Of a stretch of DNA of 13,047 bases, positions 9,048 to 13,047 are shown piece after piece. The translations under genes were made by a program, and so were the position numbers. This DNA comes from Octopus sinensis (taxonomy: Eukaryota): positions 1 to 13,047 of the forward strand of contig NW_021826400.1 in NCBI RefSeq assembly GCF_006345805.1. Reading direction: 5' to 3'. The notes under the pieces were generated by a model. That model was given only the letters and a program-made list of their open reading frames with translations. It did not search any database and had not been told where the DNA came from. Within the stretch, counting starts at the first letter, position 1. Each line of letters opens with the position of its first letter.

Positions 9048-9173
9048 GTATGTGCATGCATGCGTATACGTATGTAAGGGTATATATTATGTATGTATGA
9101 ATGTTTGAATGTGTGTGTTTGTGTGTATGTATATGTATATATATATATGTGTGTATACACACACACACATATG

Positions 9174-9249
<76 letters not shown>

Positions 9250-9400
9250 GTATATGTATTATGTATACTTACACATACGATATTGTGGCGCTGCTTTTCT
9301 CTGAAGATAAACTTAGTCAAGGAAGAAATAGGCAGGCAAATTAAACAGATATGGCGAATACATACATATACACATATATACACGCACGTATAGATATATG
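9048..9400 (+). repeat. Compound (TG)/(TA)/(CA) microsatellite region
   Basis: Directly visible; interrupted by unique sequence at about 9280-9355. Confidence 0.88.
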
Positions 9401-9552
9401 TATCTGTATAAAATGTAAAAATCGTAAGACATTCCATTGTATACTATGTCTCATTGAAAAACTATCTCACATAGAATTCAGCACTTAAAGTAGGCTCAGA
9501 AGAAATGGTTAACATATTCACCCATGATAGTCTACTCATATGTATACAAATA

Positions 9553-10150
9553 TAGGAGGAATTACAACCGTGTTTCGTGATCTGCTACGACAACAGCTCC
9601 TTTATAGGATCCAATTAGCTCAAGACATCATCAGTTGGAACCACGTCCGGTTTCGGCCCATACTTCTCTACCGTTTTGACGTGGCGGGGCCATATGTGTA
9701 TGCAGTGATTGTTCGAAGTTTGAAGGAAAGAGGACGAAGCACGAGAGGACCAAAAGAAGGCTTAGAAAGAATGAACCTGTGAAAAATGAGGGAGTGGTGT
9801 TCTTTATGTGTGTGATTTTTGGGAGGAAATGCTTGAGTCATGCAGGCCTGGTCATCCATCAGGGAACTCACAGGAATCAACACAACACTTTGTAAATTGC
9901 GATACGGCTATTGTTCACAACAGAACATGTGCAACTTGAAGAAAGGCGTGCCTTATAGTTGGAGGTTTGAAAAGGCAATTTCAAAAGTCTTCATAATGTG
10001 GTACCTGTTCCTTCTATCAGCCAGCACAACTGTGCGTTATTCAATGGAATATGCAAATCTTTGGCCGGACCCACGTATGGGCCTCACATTGTATCAGCAA
10101 TGACTCATTTCAATGATTCTTTCTAACAATGGCTTTGCTCGTGTACGAGA
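9553..10150 (+). mobile_element. Decayed 3' end of an RTE-clade-like LINE (post-RT region with two degenerate C2H2-like fingers)
   Basis: Across frameshifts: GG..VFRDLLRQQL...SW / (D)RLTWR / CSKFEGKRTKHERTKRRLRK...FMCVIFGRKCLSHAGLVIHQGTH (finger at 9809-9871), and in the same frame HNCALFNGICKSLAG (10031-10069). This resembles the 'RFKDQLK...W...DRxxWR...FExxR...CxxCGRxCxSxxGLxxH' tail of RTE elements. Multiple stop codons are present. Confidence 0.72.
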
Positions 10151-10188
10151 AAGCACACACATTCTCTCTCTCTCACACACATATACAC

Positions 10189-10464
10189 AATGATGAGTCA
10201 CGTGTTATTCTGTCTCTAAATTATATGTTAATGTTTTGGTGTAGCCACTGATGAGAACTTTGCCTAGCAAATTATTCTATTTGCTAATTAGAGTTTTAAA
10301 TCTAGGTATAGCTGTAAAAAATAGAGGGTAAAAGTTTTTATTTTTCATTCCCTTCGAAATTGCTCTTAAATGTGGTTTTGGTCATTTTAACTGCTACTTC
10401 TTGCATGTAAGGCTGCCTGTTAAGGGTCGCTTCTCTTGTGTTTAAATGTACACTAATTTTATAT
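10189..10464 (+). repeat. Direct repeat copy 1 (~276 bp), hammerhead-bearing
   Basis: Aligns by eye with 10650-10923 at roughly 88-90% identity (about 30 differences; the first 51 nt are identical). Confidence 0.95.
10241..10315 (+). ncRNA. Type I hammerhead ribozyme motif HHR-B1 (GAAA box mutated to TAAA)
   Basis: GTAGCCA-CTGATGA(10248-10254)-[stem II GAACTTTGCCTAGCAAAT / TATTCT loop / ATTTGCTAATTAGAGTTT, 16 of 18 pairs including wobbles]-TAAA-TCTAGG-TA-TAGCTGT. The predicted site is GUA after 10308. Confidence 0.78.
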
Positions 10465-10649
10465 GGAATATATGCTGTCAATTGACTTTTTATACATGCT
10501 AGGCCACTGGTAGTGAAATTTCTAAAATTTAGCTATCCTATATTTTATGAACATGATTTTAGTAATTTCAGAAGTTAATTCGGTACTTTTTTTAATTGCT
10601 GCCGATTGAAACCTCGCTTGTGCGGTGAATTTGAAAAATTATTATATAT

Positions 10650-10923
10650 AATGATGAGTCACGTGTTATTCTGTCTCTAAATTATATGTTAATGTTTTGG
10701 CGTAGCCACTGGTGAGAACGTCGGCAAGCAAATTATTCTATTTGCTAATTAGAGTTCGAAACCTAGGTATGGTGGTAAAAAAACAAAATAAAGTTTTTAT
10801 TTTTCAATCCCTTTGAAATTGTTGTTAAATGTGGTTTTGTTCGTTTTGACTGCTACTTCTAGCTTGTAAGGCTGCCTGTTAAGGGTCGCCTCTCTTGTGT
10901 TTAAATGTACTCTAATTTTATAT
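10650..10923 (+). repeat. Direct repeat copy 2 (~274 bp), hammerhead-bearing
   Basis: Starts 461 bp after copy 1 at the same AATGATGAGTC boundary and ends in (TA)n. Confidence 0.95.
10702..10776 (+). ncRNA. Type I hammerhead ribozyme motif HHR-B2 (A6->G, CUGGUGA)
   Basis: GTAGCCA-CTGGTGA(10709-10715)-GAAC...AGCAAAT/TATTCT/ATTTGCT...GTTC-GAAA(10758-10761)-CCTAGG-TA-TGGT. Stem III is a palindromic minimal stem, and the predicted site is GUA after 10769. Confidence 0.8.
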
Positions 10924-11118
10924 ATATATATAAAATTGTTATATTGGATGGTAATAGAATTAATGACACATTCGTAAATTAATTTTTGGTGAATTATTTT
11001 TCTCGTAAATTATATCGAGATTATTTTACACCGGTGGCTGTTATGATTTCGACGTGAAACGAATTCAGTTGCAGCACAGACTTCGACGCAATGGGTTGGG
11101 AGTCTCTAATAATGGTAA

Positions 11119-11169
11119 CATGTGCTGAAGAAGCTAAGGTCTTTACCAATGCAGAAATCGATCCACGTG
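11119..11169 (+). ncRNA. Minimal type I hammerhead ribozyme motif HHR-C (core boxes intact)
   Basis: CATGTG-CTGAAGA(11125-11131)-A-GC-TAA-GGT/CTTT/ACC-AAT-GC-A-GAAA(11154-11157)-TCGA-TC-CACGTG. Stem I is 6 bp (CATGTG/CACGTG), stem III is the palindrome ATCGAT, and the predicted site is AUC after 11163. Stem II has a 3x3 internal mismatch. Confidence 0.75.
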
Positions 11170-11326
11170 AGTCCTGACACTTAAATGTATGTTAGTAGAT
11201 TATCTTAACCTTATTTTGCCTTTGTTTGATTTCTGTAGTTTTTCACCGGTGTATTTTTTGGCGATTTAATAAGAGTTTTGACTGTTATTTCAAGCAGGTT
11301 GACATACCTAGTATGTCCTTTGATTA

Positions 11327-11328
<2 letters not shown>

Positions 11329-11365
<37 letters not shown>
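11329..11365 (+). repeat. (TA)n microsatellite at the Tc1 insertion end
   Basis: Directly visible; contains the TA target dinucleotide. Confidence 0.92.
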
Positions 11366-11366
<1 letters not shown>

Positions 11367-12170
11367 TGGCGAAAATAAATTTAAGACCGATGATAAAATT
11401 TCTATTTCTTACAAAATATTTTGCTACTAACACCATACAAATCATTTTTATCTTTTACACCTTATGCAGAATTTATTTCTCTTTAGAATGATGCAGACAA
11501 TAAGTATTTTTATACAACTTGAAGAATTCTAATGCTAAATATAAGCGTTTCAAATTTACCGGCAAAATTAGTTTAAGACCGTATCATTATAATTTTATTT
11601 AAAGCTTAAGATTGTAGCAAAAATGAGCAACAAGAACGAAATACATATTAGTACTTTATGCCGTAGCCTTTATTCTTAATAACGGCTGAACAAAGCCTCG
11701 GCATTGAATTCACTAAGTGAAAACAAAATTCTATAGGAATGTTTTGCCATATTTCATTGATATAATCGAATAATTGTTTTAGATTAGATGTTTTTTTAGC
11801 ATGGACTTTTCTGGAAACATGATTCTTCAAGTTCTCGATCAGATTCAGGTCCGGGTTCTGTGGAGGCTATTCGATTACCTCACTATTATGATGATAAACA
11901 AATTCGGTAACCATTTTGGCTTTGTGCACAGGACTATTGTCCTGCTGATAAATAGTCCCCAGAGGCATTTGGTGAGTCAAATATGGAACAAATTTATCCT
12001 TTAGTAGATTCATATAACCTACACTATTTAGCTTTCCATCAGCTTTAAAAAGAGGGCCAACAGCAAAGCTACTAAATGCCGCCCACATCATCGCACCCAC
12101 GCCCCCACTTGCGCCATCTTTTTCCAGCATTTCGGATGGAATTCCTCGGTTGGGCGACGTCTGACGTATG
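11364..12170 (-). mobile_element. 5'-truncated Tc1-family DNA transposon (DD34E, IR/DR-type end)
   Basis: A transposase remnant plus a ~218-bp terminal region containing two direct repeats: CTGGCGAAAATAAATTTAAGACCG (11366-11389) and CCGGCAAAATTAGTTTAAGACCG (11559-11581). It abuts (TA)n. The other end was not found. Confidence 0.88.
11648..12168 (-). pseudogene. Tc1 transposase catalytic domain, C-terminal half, inactivated
   Basis: YVRRRPTEEFHPKCWKK / (frameshift) GGVGAMMWAAFS...YQQDNSPVHKAK...EVIE*PPQNPDLNLIENLKN...WQNIP...LVNSMPRLCSAVIKNKGYGIKY*. The D-to-E spacing counts to 34. W has become a stop (TAG, 11867-11869) and the first catalytic D is absent. Confidence 0.93.
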
Positions 12171-12268
12171 TTTTACTAATCTAAACAATATTGTTACCCT
12201 GGTGTACTAAGAAAGAGCCTATAAAGTATTTTGCCCAGATTTATAATCCCTTACTAATAATTCTATTT

Positions 12269-12363
12269 AAACACATACACACACACATACGCATATACAC
12301 ACACAAATGTAAACACACACATGTATACACACACTCATATATGTATGTATTTAGGCATTTATA
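12269..12363 (+). repeat. (CA)n/(TA)n microsatellite
   Basis: Directly visible in the sequence. Confidence 0.88.
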
Positions 12364-12399
12364 TGCCAGTACTGTCGATTGCTAGCCACTATGGCTGTT

Positions 12400-13047
12400 T
12401 TTGCAGTTATAAAACAATATCTTTCTTGACGTATTTTCAGTCGATTACGTAAGTCTACGATTTGATGTTCATAAAATATGAATCTCTATTATTTTGTTTT
12501 TATCGCACGTCTCTTAATGGCTTTTCTTTTATCGCAGTTCCCTATTGACTACCTGTCCTTTGCCCTCAGGTAGTTTAGGCTGTGTTGCAGATAGTACTCA
12601 ATAATAAATCTCATCCCAAGATCCGTTGTAACTGGCATTTTTGCTTCTCCTAGTAACTCGCTGTTGAATATCATACCTCTCCAGAAAAAATAGGAACATT
12701 CTTCTTTTACTTATGTTCAATATCTAGGTGTTGGCACCATACACAATAAATAAGTGACTGCTCCATAGATATCTTGGCTCCATGGTAACGCAATGATTGT
12801 TTGATAACCATTGACACAGTCGTCCAAATATTGTGCTTGGCTTTTCTATCATACCTTATGCTAGTATTAATACGTTCATTAATACTGTGCTGCTAAGAAA
12901 AGAAGCTCATGTACAGTTTTCGGATGACAACTATCAATTTAATACTGATATCGCATTCGTGTGTTGACATAGATGTTATATGGAATAGCACTTCTTTCAG
13001 TTTTCACTTTTACATCAACATCTAAAAATTATACGCTTTCCTATATC
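12400..13047 (-). pseudogene. Heavily decayed Penelope-like element RT C-terminal/thumb and linker region, running off the window
   Basis: One minus frame reads FLDVDVKVKTERSAIPYNIYVNTRMRYQY*IDSCHPK (FLDV at 13028-13017, SCHP at 12932-12921), matching the PLE spacing FLDV...Y.K....QYL...S.HP. Further downstream, in shifted frames: RINTS, NGY and RRSKN. The left boundary is uncertain. Confidence 0.62.

Noticed and set aside
9301-9335. CTGAAGA...GAAA as a hammerhead
   Set aside because: The intervening sequence does not form stem II, and no stem I/III pairing or UH site was found.
9628-9634. Minus-strand CTGATGA
   Set aside because: No downstream GAAA or stems; it lies within the LINE remnant.
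9540-10103. ORFs 9540-9782 and 9840-10103 as host exons, or a host C2H2 zinc-finger gene
   Set aside because: The motifs fit a frameshifted RTE-like LINE tail, the finger-bearing frame has several stops, and there is no TGEKP-linked finger array.
10194-10204. Overlapping AP-1 (TGAGTCA) and E-box (CACGTG) motifs at the start of both direct repeats
   Set aside because: Short motifs duplicated only because the repeat is duplicated; there is no independent evidence of regulatory function.
10189-10923. LTR retrotransposon/solo-LTR pair or CRISPR-like array
   Set aside because: No TG...CA termini, PBS, PPT or target site duplication was seen. There are only two long repeats, in a eukaryotic context, with no cas genes.
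11027-11253. Two CACCGGTG palindromes flanking HHR-C as terminal inverted repeats
   Set aside because: Only 10 bp of complementarity, mostly due to self-palindromy, and no target duplication; this could be chance.
11801-12004. 67-aa plus-strand ORF
   Set aside because: It is the antisense shadow of the Tc1 transposase.

Overview
AT-rich, microsatellite-laden eukaryotic non-coding DNA with no recognisable intact host gene. The SINE sequences match ones I recall from octopus (coleoid cephalopod) genomes; this assignment is from memory, not a search. Almost all non-microsatellite sequence is transposon-derived: the 3' end of an R4/Dong-like RLE LINE with a (TAA)n tail; two tRNA-derived SINE families, one arranged as two consecutive nested insertions; a full-length non-autonomous Helitron; a near-perfect palindromic mini-element of about 88 bp; the 3' end of an RTE-like LINE; a 5'-truncated DD34E Tc1 element with an IR/DR end; and a decayed Penelope-like RT remnant at the right edge. 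The main observation is four type I minimal hammerhead-ribozyme motifs, all on the + strand and from three different sequence families. Two of them lie in a pair of ~275-bp direct repeats 461 bp apart (10189-10923), a retrozyme or Penelope-terminal-repeat-like architecture that would release a 461-nt monomer if the ribozymes were active. Each of those two copies has a different core lesion, so they are probably fossils. Most ORFs in the supplied track are translations of microsatellites.
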